DNA of 63,985 nucleotides, filler included, from Hyphochytrium catenoides (GCA_900088475.1; 12 parts of 12 records of this genome joined end to end with filler, not necessarily neighbours in it); one strand, 5' to 3'. Positions 36,325-50,207 are shown, counted from the first letter of the whole stretch. A program made the numbers and translations. The notes: generated by a model from the sequence alone, not told the origin.

Positions 36325-36647
36325 GTTGGAGTCTGAGGGCAAGCTATGTAGACTACAAGCTGGCAAGCTTAACTACCCAAGTTTCAGCTCTAAACTCCCA
36401 GTAGAAGCCGAGATATGAAGTGAAGGAAATGTCCCTGTTTTTATCTATGGCTTATGGTCAGTACCCCAGGATACCTCCAGGACTGACTATTCTAGACAGG
36501 GATATCTCTATAACTCCATATCTTAGGGTTTATGAGCAATAGTTGGCATAGTCAGAATAGCTCTAGATTATGGGACCCCAGTTGGGCTTATAAGTAGAGC
36601 ACTCTCATCTAATGACATTTCCAATCATCCTATTATATAATCCAACA
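36325..36647 (+). mobile_element. Solo LTR of family A, short form, inside the RT of element C
   Basis: Reverse complement of 33230-33551. TSD GAGGC (36320-36324, 36648-36652). Excision restores LMVASRPDIA in frame. Confidence 0.92.
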
Positions 36648-37269
36648 GAGGCTACCATCAGATGCATAAGACTGCCAACAGCATTCCTGTACGGTATCTT
36701 GAGTAAATATTGCTCCTTTTTAGAAGTCAATGTAGAGAGAGAGCCTGCCTTGGTTGGGTAGCTTTTCACCAGGAGTAACAGGCGTGCTGATTGGGTTACA
36801 ATCTTCCATGCCATAACGCTTCAGAAGGTCTTGAATAAATCATTTGGCGAAGGTAAATCTTCCGATTCTTTCGATCCCTAATAACTTCTACTCCTAGGAA
36901 GTATTGGAGTTCTCCCAAGTCCTTCACATCAAATCTGTCCTTTAGAAGTCCTTTAACTTGATCCGCACGATTGTTGCTTGGCGCGAAAATCAGCAGGTCG
37001 TCTACAAAAGTCGACACGATGGTCGGCTTGCCATCCTCCTCCCCGGGCCTGTTGATGTAGACGCAAGGTTCACACAAGCTGGCTTCAAATCCGTTGTCGC
37101 GAAGATAACTGTCTAATACTTTGTTCCATTGGCGAGGACTTTGTTTGAGCCCATAAATGCTGCGCTTTCGCTTACAAACCAGATGTTCCTGTCCTGGTTG
37201 AGCGAATCCCGGGGGTTGGCGCATGTATAGGGTCTCCTCAAGATCTCCAAGGAGAAAGGCAGTACGAAT

Positions 37270-37390
37270 TAGGGTTGTATATCGGTTGGCTTAACCGATA
37301 GCGGAAAAATCGGTAAAAGTTACACCACCAATATATCGGGAAATATCGGTAATATCGGTACGTTGCCGATATACCGATATATCGGCAGTA
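37270..37390. mobile_element. Probable hAT transposon end interrupting the RT of element C
   Basis: TAGGGTTG start followed by dense ATCGG/CCGAT subterminal repeats; the other end is lost in the gap. Confidence 0.55.
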
Positions 37391-40300
37391 ATTGGCGAGC
37401 CCGAAGGGCGAAGCTTTNNNNNNNNNNNNNNNNNNNNNNNNNNNNNNNNNNNNNNNNNNNNTTAATTAATTAANNNNNNNNNNNNNNNNNNNNNNNNNNN
37501 NNNNNNNNNNNNNNNNNCAAGAAGCTCAATCATCATCAGACTCACTCTCCAATTTCCCAATAAAAGCTCAAATCCCACCAGCAAAAGAGCATTTCTGAGA
37601 CTTCATCGCTCAGTCTCTTCGGTCTACTTCCCTCCTCACCCTGAGAGTCCGGTCATCTCTATTCCGATTGCCGATATCTTTCCTACCTATCCTTGATCTT
37701 TCCTCCACCCACCGTGTACATCAGGAGTAAACCCCCTGCATGTAACACTAGCATCCCCAAGTAGATAGCTTTAGGAGATCCCTGCCTGGTAAATCGATCT
37801 CGTGACATACAGTAGAACCGTTGGGTTAGGAGGAGCCAGGCGCCACTGGAGGAGGCGCTGCTCCTACGTGTCCAGTGTGAGCCACATCATGGTCCGGCAT
37901 CACTGGTACGTGAAGAGGAAGAAGACTATCTGCCACATCTTTATGAAGATGCTGGTGCTGCGATCGCGTCGTTCATGACTTTCCCGGCTTCTACGGTGTA
38001 GTGAAAGCATGGAGTGTCCCAGGGAACAGCAGCCGTAACGGCATTGGCGGGTTGATGATAGGCCGCTGCGGGAACAGCAGAAGGAGGAGTCAGCGGGGTG
38101 GCAGCTGAGGCTCGGTGAGGCGGCGCGGACTCAGAAGCATCAGCGCCCTCCCACTTCTTTATCAATCTTCTCTCTATCGCTCTCTCTCTCTCTCTTTCTC
38201 CCTACCTCTCATACTGTCTCGCAGTCTCCTACTTCTCTCTTTCTTTCGTTCTTTCTTTCTCTCTTGTTTGCTCTTCTCTCTCTCACCTTTTTGAATCTGT
38301 CTGTCTCAGTTCCCTGTCTCGCTCCCTCTCTCTCTCTTCTACTCTTTCCTCTCTCTCCTCTCTTCCTTCTTCTCCCCGGCGGTCAACCTTTTAACCTTCT
38401 CTCTGAGGTTCTAACATTTGATTATTGAGCGTCCTTCGAGAGCGTTATTTCTTCTTCGTCACCCGAGCCGCCGTTTCTCTTTGCTGCCTGCTATGCTCTA
38501 CTACTCGGCTGCTGTTCCAGCTGCTGTCGTACCATCTCTCTCCCACCGCCTCCTTCTCTTCTCAATCTGTCTTCAACTTCTCTATCGTTTGCTTCCTCCT
38601 CGTTGCAGTGTCAACGTCAAGCAGGACGACACGCGTAGAAGAGCAGGATTAGAGGGAAAGAACGCGGGCGGAAGGCTACTGTTATTGCTGCAGAGAGGCT
38701 GCTTCTGAGAGTTAGGACAGATTTATTTTGGGTGGGTCCATGAAGAAGAGGTTATTAAGGTACTTCGAATAAAGTAAGAAATGACGCAGCAGCCCAAGTC
38801 ACGGGCGGGAAAGCGCGTGGTGGGAGGAAGAAACAACAAGAAGAAGAGATATCCTAGCTCCCTCTAAAAGAATAGAGATCGGTAATCGGAAGAGGTCGAA
38901 GGAAGGAAGGTGGAACGGCAAGAAGCGTCAAGTCAGACGAGGAAAGGGACTCCAATAAGAGTGAACAAGGAGAGACTTCGTCCGAGAGAGGATAATGATT
39001 CACAAAGAAGAAACAAAAATGAGCGAAGAGATTGAGAAGCGGGGTCGAGCAAGGGGAGACCAATACACCCTAGGGTAGAAGATCAGAAGAACGAAATAGT
39101 AGACAGTACAGGGCTTCCCAAAACAAGAGCAAACCAAGCAAGAGCCTAAAGAGGCGTATAGCTCCTCAGAGAAAAAGAGAGAGATGCCAGGAGGGGCGAG
39201 GGGGGAGGAAGGAGGCCCTGTCCTGTGCCAAGAGGGAGAATCATCAAGCAGTGGGAAGAAAGTTGGAAAGTGACCAATTATTGAGAGGAGGCACAGAAAG
39301 GGAAACAGAAGAAACAGATAGGGAAACAGAGAGGATCAGACAGAGCAAATGAGACAGAGGGCCTCCACCACCTATTTCCTTCCTCTTTTTCTCTCTTCAA
39401 GTTGCTTTCTCTGCCTCAACAAAGAACAGAAGTGCCACCTTCTGCACTGTATGTCATGTTAGTTAGTGAACGAAAGAAAAGAAGCAGAGAGAAGCATCAA
39501 GGAGACAGAAAATAGATAAAGAACAAAAGAAATCAAGACAATAGTCCGCCTTGTAATGAGATCAACTCATAGCTCCGGAGTAACAGCTGTTGCTTCCCCT
39601 CGAGGTCATAGCCTTGTTCTGTTGACCATTCAACCGCTGGCGCTACCGCCGTCCTTCCGCTCTCTGCTCTTCTCCTTGCTGCACCATCACGTCAAATAAG
39701 TACTCTCTATATTAACCTGCCTTCTGTTCCGTTCGCTCTGGGTTCCTCATCCTCTTAGGTAGAATCCTGGGCCGTTGAACCTCTTTCTGGTAGTATCAGC
39801 ATAACGAAACGATGAAGAGGACTACTATAGATGACAATGAAAATTGTTACAAAGAGACAGATAGAGACCGCTTGAGAGGAGGAAACAAACGGTTGACGAA
39901 AGATGGGTAGCTATAACCCTCATCTATCTATGAGTCCGAGAGAGTGCTGGCCCTTGGCACGACATCGAGGTGAGCACAAGGAAAGTTCAAAAATGATGTC
40001 TACACACCTCTAGTTGAAAGCGAGAAAGAATGCCAGCAAGAGGCAACAAAAGGTATGATGCGCGTAAGAGGAAAGCATAGAGACTTTTTAGAGTAGAAGA
40101 GAAAGCGCAAGAAAGGGGAAGTATAGGAGAAGACAGGTTGATATTAAAGGGACAAACAAGCATGATGTAGGCGAATGTGTGGAAGACAGAGAGAGAGAGA
40201 AAAAAAGAGATGAGAGGAAGAGAGAGATAGAGAGACAGGGGAAGAGAGTGAGAGTATGAGATGATGATTCAGCAAGTTGGCCAGAAAGGAACGAGAATAG

Positions 40301-41237
40301 AGAGAGAGAGAAGAGAGTGAGAGTGAGCGATCAACGCAAAGTCTCCTGGTACAGTAGATCAGAGAGCCACGGTAGGAAGAAGCAGGTGTGCTGAGAGTAA
40401 AGAATGAAGATAATAGAAGAACGAAAAGCGTGAGTCGGGCAGCAACGAAGGCGGGGCAAAGGCTGAGAAGACAAGAGCAGAGGAAAGAGGAAAAGGAGAC
40501 ATAGAGAAAGATTAGCGGAGGAGAAAAATAAGAGAGAGAGAGAAAAGAAAGGTAGAAGTATCACAGATGGGATGGCGAGCCAAGCGACGGAGTATAAGAG
40601 CACAAGCTTTTAGAGCCATGAAGAGGTTCCCTACCGCGATAAGGAAGGATCAAATGGGAAGAGTGGATAGAGAAGCTGAAAAGAGGCTAAGAGAGGAGGG
40701 ACAGGATCAGGGAGAGAAAGAGAGAGACGAAAGAGAGAAAGGAGCGAGTGGCGGTAGGACAGAGACGAGAGGAGGGAGGAGAGAGAAAGAGAAAGGAAGA
40801 CGAGGCAAAGCAAAAAATAAGGTGATAGAGAGGAGTAGTGTGAACGAGGTGTGAAATGTCAGACAGGGCAGAGAGAAAATAAAGAGAAAACTTAAACCAA
40901 CGAGCAGGAAAGAGAGAGAACAGCATTGAGGAGGAACGGACGGAGAGAGGAGCTGAACGAAAGATAACGTTGAGCAGTCCCGCAGAACGACAAGATGGGA
41001 GTGAGGCTGTTGATGGAGGGAACAGAAAGGAAAGAGAGGGGCGAGAGAGGAAAAGCAGAGCAGCTTCACTTTGGGAAAGAGATGGAAAGAAAGAAAGAAA
41101 GAATGCAAGTCTTTGCCGAACATGTAGGCACTTTATCTATGATATATAATAATTTAGAAAATATTGCCAGCGGAGTCACTAGTACTGGCCTCAGAGTCGT
41201 ACGTTTACCCGGCTCGCTCTCGTCCTTCTCAGCATCC

Positions 41238-42020
41238 TCATGGGCAGCACAGGTAGCTCACGCCATCGATTGTATAATGGGTGTGGGCATACCGACACAG
41301 ATGAGGCGCGGGCCCTTGAGGCTTGCAGCTGGCGTCATGGTGAACCAGAATCGGGCCCACAGGCGCCGGTGGCGGAGGAGAAGGACGGCTCACAGGGCGC
41401 TGCGGCTGCGGCTGGGACCATTGAGGCGGTTGGTGAGGGAAGACATGCTGCTGAGGGTCCTGCCAATGGGGCGAAGGATTCTGCCAATGGAGAGAAGGGT
41501 CCTGCCAATGGGGAGAAGGATTCTGCCAGTGGGGAGGGAAACCCACTGTCGCAGATGCCCCAGCGGAGGCTCCGGCAAAGCCTCCGTTGGTGTGAGCATG
41601 TGCCTGCGCGTTGGCCTGAACTTGGCCGTTTTGAATCTGCACCTGGGCATTCGCGGAAGCAGAGCCTCCGCCCTGTCCATTAGCGATGGCGATAGCTTGT
41701 CCACTGACGTCGCCGTTGCTGTTGATTGAGCCTGAAGCATGCGCGCCCGCTTGCGCGGATCCCCCAAAGAATCCCCCATTAGACTGCGCGAAGGCGTCTG
41801 CCGAAGCTTGTGCAGAGCCTCCAAAACCTGGCAGGCCGAGCTGGCCCCGTTGAAGATGCCGAGAAGCAGTAGTGGAGTCAGAAGAAGCTTCTTCCTTGGT
41901 TAGCGATAGTGCTGAAGAAGACGAGGAATCAGTCGTCCCGCGAAGTGAGGGCTGCTCAGAGGCGGCGGCGGTGGCGCTAGCGGCAAGGATGACTGCGGCG
42001 ATAAGAGATAAAGTCCTCAT
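41238..42020 (-). CDS. Secreted low-complexity protein (260 aa): Gly/Ala repeats, HWQ(N/D)P heptads, Pro-rich hinge, C-terminal 4-Cys module
   Basis: MRTLSLIAAVILAASATA signal peptide and SLRG..RHLQ propeptide; intronless ORF. The upstream part of the 443-aa ORF-track entry is CT-repeat read-through. Confidence 0.8.
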   Translation of the reverse strand: MRTLSLIAAVILAASATAAASEQPSLRGTTDSSSSSALSLTKEEASSDSTTASRHLQRGQLGLPGFGGSAQASADAFAQSNGGFFGGSAQAGAHASGSINSNGDVSGQAIAIANGQGGGSASANAQVQIQNGQVQANAQAHAHTNGGFAGASAGASATVGFPPHWQNPSPHWQDPSLHWQNPSPHWQDPQQHVFPHQPPQWSQPQPQRPVSRPSPPPPAPVGPILVHHDASCKPQGPAPHLCRYAHTHYTIDGVSYLCCP

Positions 42021-42289
42021 CCTTGTCTTTGCCTGTTTTCTTTTTGCTGTTGAGAACTTTTTCCTAGTGCGTTGGCCGGGAACAAGTGTTGGCTGTCTGC
42101 TGGACCTGCTTGAGGGCTGAGGGGAAGGTTTGGGAGTGAGTTGCGAGTAGGGGTCTGCAGCGAAGGTCGAGAAGAAAGGAAGAGAGCGAGAGAAGGGGGA
42201 GCCTGAAGAGAGAGAGGCAGGAGAGAGAGGGAAGCAGAAGGAGGTGATGGAGAATCGACGAGGAGGTAGAGAGAGGGAGGAAAGAGAGA

Positions 42290-42324
<35 letters not shown>

Positions 42325-45300
42325 GATAGTGAGATAGGTATAGGACGAAGGTAGTAGTGGAATAAAGAGAGAGAGAACAGGAGGAGGAAGAGAAGAAAGA
42401 ATAAAAAAGCTAGCATGTGATGAGAAGTTTCTAGGACGAGGAAATGCAGCGCCAACCGGGACATTATTGCGAAGAAGGAGCGATTGCTCTCGCTTTCCCC
42501 GGTGTGTCTCTGTGTCTGTGCGATGACGGCCCGGGGTCGACGAACCGGAAGCGACAAGAAGTCAAGCAACCGCAGGGATCGGGACTTGTGAGATCTTTTA
42601 GCGCATAATCGATGAATCCTTCCACTAAATATAAAGAGAAAGGGCTATAAGAGAAAAGACACACCGAAGAGGGAAAGACAGAGAGAAAGCGAATCAGCCA
42701 ACAAGAGAAGAGCAACGATCAGAGAGAGAGGAGCAGGGAAGAGACCAGGAGGAAAAAGAGAAAGATGGTGACGCCGTTGCCGTTAATAGTAGTAGGGCAC
42801 ACAGAGAGGAAGGAGAAGGCGAGGCACCGTCATAACCACCTCGAAGCCCCGTAAAAGGGATCCTGATAGGGAAGAGAAGTGAGAGATGCGGAAATGGAGA
42901 GAACATGGGTGATGGTTCATCACTGGCATAAACGGGAAAATTGGCAGCGAAATGAAAGGAGAGACGAAGAAGGATAATAAGAGAGAAGTGCAATGAGAAA
43001 GTTAATAAGGACAAATTGGGAAGACAAAAAAAGAGAAAAGGAGAAGAGAGTCAAAGGAAGAGAATTCATTTTTCGTCATAAAAGAAGAATGAGAGATGGA
43101 GCAGCCGCGGTCTATCTCAACAACGCCATGAGCTCGGGCTTAAAAAGAAAGAGTTGAATAACAGGGTGCACACGGACTGTGATGCCCAAAGCGAAGACGT
43201 AGACTGCATACGAAGAGGAGAAGGGAAGATAAGGTTGGAGGGACGAATGAGGAGGGGAAACATATTGAAGGTAAATCACTCTAGAAGGTACTGAGGTTAT
43301 TAATGCAGAAGGGTACAGGAGAAAGAGAAGAGCGTGGTGGTTCAAGCTGTGCCATCTAAAACTATAATAATTAAGGAACAAGAAAAGGAGCGAGAGAGGG
43401 AAGAGAAGAAGCCCGAGAAGGAAGAGAAGAAGGAGAACTCTAGGCGCCAACATGCACGCACACAGCAAGCTAGCCGTAACTTTGAGCGATGAAAGAGAGA
43501 GATAACAAGCAAAGTGACCGTGCCCGCCCTCTGTGTGGATTCCAGTATAAAAAGAACCCGATATGAGAGAAGATACACGCGTTGATGAGAGACGCACCGC
43601 CCGGAGAAAGAACGACTGCTTTATCCTCACTCTGTCTTTTGGGGTTTCTCTTTCCACATACTGAATATGAGAGACTGTGCACCTCGTGGAGATTATCTTC
43701 TCTTCCCATTAGCGCGACAATCGCTACTTCCTGTTGTTAGACCATCACCATCCATACCGAGAACAACAATTCTCTTCAAAAATAAGCCAGCAACCAATCT
43801 CAATACACCAAAATGAAGGAGTTGTCCAGCACGGCTTCAATTATAAGGTTTAGAGACAAAGAAGCCTATCCGAGTTTGGAAAAATTAACACGAAGATTAG
43901 AGCACGTTGTTCCCGTAAGACAATATCTTCTTTTCCTATAACAAAAACTCTCTTGCGGTCATTGAAGTAGAAACTACCGTTTTACCTGTCTTTCTCTGTT
44001 GCGGTGGTCGTTCGACGGGGTACGCGCAGTTTCTCTTTCTCTTTATCTCTCCTTCTTTTTCCTAGTCGTACGACGAAGTCAGAACCTTGTTCTGATTTTC
44101 TCCTTTGTTATTATCCGTTCCCGCGGGAATGCATGATCCTTGAACCTTGAACAGGCAACAGAAGAGAACCGAAGGGGCCATGCGACGACGCTTCGTTCCC
44201 TTGTCGAGGATCCCAAGGTAACCGCAGCAGCAGGAAGAAGAAGAGCTGGAAGAAGAGATAGGGGCAGCCTTCTTTTTCTTCAAGTTGGAGCGAAGTCACA
44301 CTGGAAGTGAAATTCCCGACGCGGGCATTATTGGGCTTTGAGGGTATCACGATTGTTATTTGTGTATGTGAGACATGAGCTAGGGTCGGACTGTTGTCTT
44401 TCTGGTGCCGTTGTCAGGGTGACTTTCCAATATCTTCGGCCTACTCGCTCACAGGTCAACGAAACTTGGTGAACGAACAGGATAGGAACACAGGATAGGA
44501 ACATTAGAAAAGAGTATTGTCCAAGTAGAAGGTGAATATGAAAGGAGAGCTGACAGGACATCTCACAAGCTATCACTGCCATCAAACTGATGCACCATTG
44601 GGACTTAGGGTTAGGTCGTTGTTGTCAGGGTGAACTGTTCATCAAATTGTTTTCTCTCCCCACAAAGGAGTGATAGAGATGTCAGAGATACATCTCCCAG
44701 ATTGTAAGGAACAGGCAACGGGAGAGATGACTTGCCTGAAGGAAGACTAGGAGCGAAGAAGGGTGACAAGCGGTGATAAAATAAGCGATCGAAGTATCGC
44801 TCTTCGGACCCTGAGCATTTTTCTCTCTCACGACATTTAACTTTTATCATTGAACGTGCTGTGACGGCCAATGGACAAGAACAAGGGAAAGTGAAGACAA
44901 GAAATGAGGTGCGGAAACAGGGAGCGAGAGAAGAGATGATGAAGAGAGTGAGCAATGGTGGTGAGTTGGGAAAGAGAGAGGTCCCAGCAAGGGAAGTAGG
45001 AAGCAAAGATGATTCACATTCCTCAGGGAGAAGAACCGCTCTTACTGATAGCGTCTGAGGACGCCATCTTGTCGTTCATGTTTGAGAACTCTTCTCCTCT
45101 TCCAGGCTCTTCAAGACAAGGATTGCTCGCTTTTCATATCGTTGTTTAACTTTCCTCTTTCTTACTTCTTCTAGGATAAGTCCGGCCAAATCGTGGAGGA
45201 GGGGAGGAGTGGACGACCAACACATGTACTCTTGCTCTTTCGTTCTCTTCTTCAGTTTCTCTGTTTCCATCTGCTCTTTCCTTCTCTATCCTCATCCACA

Positions 45301-47110
45301 CTCTACATGAGGATGAAGAGTTTACCATCGCGAATGCTGCTTACCTCCTTCAGAGTACTGAATGGCAGGAAACGATGGTACCGGTGCGGGCTGCGGCTGT
45401 GGCTGCGGCTGTGGCTGCGGTTGAGGCGGAGGGACATTCAGGTTGTTGGGCGTGGGACGCTCGCTGGCTTGAAGTTGAGGCAGGCGTTGTCCCATCGATG
45501 TACAGGTTAGCGAAAGGGAAAATGGAGGATAGGTCTAACTGAAAAGCAGCCTCCTCCAAACAACACAGAGTAATAACAGTAGAGCAATGAGCTGCGACAA
45601 ATATCCGTTATATAAAAGGAGAAGATGATCAAGAAGACAATGATGGATAGCTTGTGTGAAAAAAAAACGAGAGAGAGAGAGAGAGAGATGATGGTATACG
45701 GAGACTGATCAAAACTATTGCGGCTCAAGAAGCAAAGCACGGGGATCCTCAGAAGAACTTATCCTCTCACCATGAACAGCTAACTTACCTTATCTATCGT
45801 CGTGGGGAAATGGCTTGTCAGTGGTGGCAGGCAGAAAGAATGACAGTCTTTGATTAAGGAAAGCGAGAGGAGGGAAGGGGAATGAGGAGCGACCTTGCCA
45901 AGGATGGGAGAGAGGCAGAAGATAGAGAGAGACCTTCGACCAATGACGGAAGAGGAAAGAAGAAGGTTTCCCTTTGGAGATAAGGGGAAGTCCGCATGAT
46001 GAACTTGTGCGGTGCATCCATTCTAACTGTCCGTGCGTGCGGAGAGCAAGGGAAGAGATCCCACTCGAGGCTCGCTTTGATTAGGCTCTCCATCCCCTTC
46101 TCTCTATGCATCTCTGCCTCTCTCTTTCTTTTTTTCTCTCTGTTCCTTCTTTTTTTATGTTCTCTTCTTCTAGATGACATCTCCTTTCCCTACTACTTCT
46201 TTTGACGGGAGGTATCTTACGGGCCCATGAGGAGTCAAGGGGACAAACGGAGTCACGAGGACAAACGTAGGCGACATCTCACCAGGGAANNNNNNNNNNN
46301 NNNNNNNNNNNNNNNNNNNNNNNNNNNGAGAGAGGCCATATCAAGCAAAACAGCGCACTTCCTTGTATGTCGCGGTCATCCATCTTGCTAAACCCCTTTA
46401 TCTTCTCGTCTCTCTTCCCTCCATGGTTCCTGCAGAGAGGGAACAGATAGAGCTTATCGCCGCCTTCTTACGGAACTCTTCTTGCGTCTTCTAACTCTTG
46501 ACTCTTCTCTTCCGGAACGCGTTTCCTTCTCAGCCACTACGTGCCAATGCAATATCTCCATCTCTCTCTCTCTCTCTCTCATCTACCTAACAATATATAA
46601 CTGTAACTAAGGCTGCCTATAAAGAAAGACAGGCGGGTCAGGAAGTCGTCCATTCGTTGTTTCTTGCACTAAGAGGAAGGTCAAAGGACAAGAGAAAGGA
46701 GAGAGAAAATGGAGAGAGAGAGAGATATTGAAAGGAGGGATGACCGCCACCTGAGTCTGACACCACACCAGGAAGAGCCGAGCGTAGCGCATGATAACCT
46801 GGCTTCTCTGATAGAGAGGGCAGTGTTTCCAGAATAGGAGGGGAGAACTCCGGCACTAAGAGGGCGCCGGTGCCAATGTAACCTCACTAATTTGCTCGTC
46901 TTTCTGCAGCACATACTCTTTCTCTATCTTTGTTTCTCCTTTCTCGTTCTCTCTCTCTCTCTCTTTCTCTTTCTTCTCCTGAAGTTCTGTACATTTATTA
47001 GAGCATTAACCTAAGTAAGCTCTGTCTGTTGTCCTTTTTTTTTCTTCTTCCTCTCTCTCTGTCTCTCTCTCTCTCTTTGTACAATCTCTCTCTCTCTAAC
47101 ACTCTCTCTA

Positions 47111-48751
47111 TTATCCTGCTGTCAATCCTACGCTCTCCTCTTCTGCACTCTCTATAAGTGGAGGTGCTTGCGCCTCTCCTCCATCCGTTGCTACACCGGA
47201 GCCAGGCGGCACCACGTCTCCGCTTGGACTTTCTTCCTTTCTCTCTTCGTCTCTCTCCTCCACTGCGCAAATCGGCGCACTCTTGAACTCTGCTATCTCT
47301 CCTCCTCCTCCTCCTGCCGCGAGACAGACCGCAATCTCACTGGTCCCCAGGCCGTCAGGCGGCGGGAAGAACTCACAGTCCAATTTCCCTTGGAGTTGCG
47401 CCTCCGCAGAAGAGAAGAAACATCCGTGGAAGTAGCCTTTCTCTCTGTCTCGTGGGGACTCAGCATAAATGACAGGAGAAGGCGGTATCTCTTGGCCGAG
47501 TGCTTGTCTAAACCGAAGCGCGCCTCCGAGAGCCAGACAGCGGTCGCTGAGGAAAGAGACAGGGAAAGAGCGAATGAAGACGCCAAATTGTGGAGAGTAC
47601 CCAGGGCAAGGAGGCGAAGGAAGGGAGACAGCTTGAGGAAAGATGACGAGGGGAGAGAGAGAGAGAGAGAGAAAGAGAGAAAGAGAGACAGAGAAACAGA
47701 GACAGAAGAAGAGGAAGAGAAAGAGAGAAAAAGAGAGACAGAGAAAGAGACAGAGAGAGACCAGAGAAGGGAGAGAGAAGAGAGAGGAGAAAGAGAGAGA
47801 GCAGGAAAGAGAGAGACATATATATAGAAAGAGAGACAGACAGACAGAGAGAGAGAGAGAGACAGAGAGAGAGAAACAGACAGAGAGAGAGAGAGACAGA
47901 TAGAAAGAGCGAGCGACAGAGAGAGAGACAAGAGAGAGAGAAGAGAGAGAGAGGGGAGAAAGAAGAAGGGAAAGCAAGGGAGAGAGAAACACCATTAGAG
48001 AAAGGGTAGAGAAGAAAGAAGGCCCACAGAAACACACATAGCAATGGATGGGAGAGAGAGAGGCGCAAAGAGGAAGATGAAAGGGCGATGAGCGAGCAAG
48101 AGACCAAAAAAAAAGAGAGGAAAGGGACTGGTCTGAGCATGGAAGACGATTAGACCAACACAGAAAGTTGGCCCTTCTCTCTTGCTCCTCTCCTTTGAAT
48201 CTGTGAACTCCAAATACTTTTAAGGTCGAGATTACCTTCTGTCTCTCTCCCCTTCTCTCCTCTCTCCTTCTTTTCTTCTTGTTCTCTCTCTCTTTCTTTC
48301 TCTCTCTCCGACCTCTTTTCCTTTTTCTTCCTTGAGTCCTACCTTTGCCTTCGGGTGCCGTAGCGCTGGAAGTAAGAGTGGAGGAGCTTGCGGCTGGGTT
48401 CACTTCACTGGAGAGGATGGGACCTGGAATCTGCAAGGAGTTAAGAGAGAGAGAGGGAGAAGAAGAGAGACAGAGAGAGAAACAGAATGGGAGAGAGAGA
48501 GAGAGAGAGAAAGGAAGAGAGAGAGGGATTGGGGGTTTAGAGTCACGAAAGGGCGCACAGCAAAGAGTAAGGAATAATCTTAGTCTTTGGTATCCCCCTA
48601 AGATATGGATGAGAAAAGCGAAATAGGAGATTTGAGCGAGAGAGAGAGAGAAAGGGAGAGAGACACAGAGAGAGAGAGAGAAGGAGAGAGAGAGAGACAG
48701 AAAGAGAAAGAGACAGAAAGAGAGAGAGAGAGACAGAAAGAGAGAGAGAGG

Positions 48752-48795
<44 letters not shown>

Positions 48796-49021
48796 ACAGC
48801 TCACCTGCTGGGTGGCGTCAGGTGTAGGAACCGGTACTGGGAGGGCATTCCCCGTTTCTGCTGGAGAGGGAGAGACAGTTCCTCCTGGCACCTGAAGTCG
48901 TGAAGGAAAGGGAGATCCCGAACAGGGGAGAGAAGAGAGCCAAGGAAGGAAAGAGGGGAAAAAAGGGTTAGATGGGAAGGAATCGACTCTTGTCTGAGAA
49001 GAGGGAGACAGATGACAGGGG

Positions 49022-49053
<32 letters not shown>

Positions 49054-50158
49054 CAGAGACAGAGAGAGAGAGAGAGAGAACAACTCGCCTGCAAGGTAGC
49101 GCTAGGGGTCGGAACCGGATTAGAGAGGATATGCCCCGCTTCCGCTGGAGAAGTGACAAGTCCTCCTGTCGCCTGGAGCGATGAAGGGTTGTAGGTGCCG
49201 CGGGCGCAAGAAAGAGAAAGAGAGAGGCAGAAGGGAGAAAGAGAGAGAAAGACACAGAGACAGAGAGAAGAAAATGGTTAGAAGAGAATATAGGGGAGAA
49301 GGAAAGTCAAGTCTTGGGGGAGATGACCCTAGAAGTAAGAAAACTAAGCAAGCACAAGAGAAGAGAGAGGAAGAGAGGAGAGAGAGAAAGAGAGAGAGAG
49401 AGAAAGAGAAAGAGAAAGAGAGAGAGAGCATGGAGACAAAAATAAATTGTTTACCTGATCCGTCGTGTCAGGGCTGCCCAGTGCACTGAGGAGCTTCTTC
49501 ATATCGTCAGAAGGAAGAGAAGAGGACGTGTCCCGCGTCTGATAAAGAGATAGACAAGATAGCGCGCGAAAGAGAGAGTACGAGAGAGAGAGAAAGAGAG
49601 AGGGAGAGTTCTTAAAGTGTCAACGTCATTGTTTTTCCCTTACGAGATGTCCTCTCCAAGGAAGAAGAAGGCCTTCAATAGTTTTATAGGGAATAGAGAG
49701 GTGGAAGAGTGAAAATTGAGAGAGGAATAAGGAGCCAAGGCTACGGAGTGAGAGAGACAAAGAGAATATGGAGAAGGACGAAGAAAGGGACAAAGAGATA
49801 AAGAAAGAGAGAGAGGGGAGAGAGAAAAAGAGAGAGAGACAAAGCGGTGGAGCCACCGCTGCAGGACCAGCGCTGACCTGAGGGCGAGGAGAAGGTTCTT
49901 TTCCAGGTCCATTCGAGGCGGAAGACGACATCATCTATTTATACAGATGCATAAGACCACGCGAACATGGGGGAGAGAGAGAGAGAGAGAGAAAGAGACC
50001 ATAGAAAGAAGGGCAAGAGAGCCACCAAGTATGGAGAGAAAGAGAGCATTAGCATGAAGGAAAAAAGAGAAACGGAAGTCGCGGGGCGAGGAAGAGGGGA
50101 GGGCTAGGAGAGGGAAAGCGAAAGACATCAATAAACAGAAAGAGGGAGAGAGTTCAGT

Positions 50159-50207
<49 letters not shown>

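Larger units (their letters stand above)
35041..37267 (-). mobile_element. Ty1/copia element C, 3' part (RT-RNaseH, PPT, 3' LTR 35041-35345), inserted into the RT of element B
   Basis: TAFLLGDLEETLYMRQPPG, SIYGLKQSPRQWN, FVDDLL, PYRNAVGSLMHL, DWANDPMDRKSISGY, SSTTEAE, MTADILTKAL; PPT TGCGGGGAGG at 35346-35355. Confidence 0.92.

Noticed and set aside
40995-41729. 244-aa plus-strand ORF
   Set aside because: Antisense shadow of the secreted protein gene.
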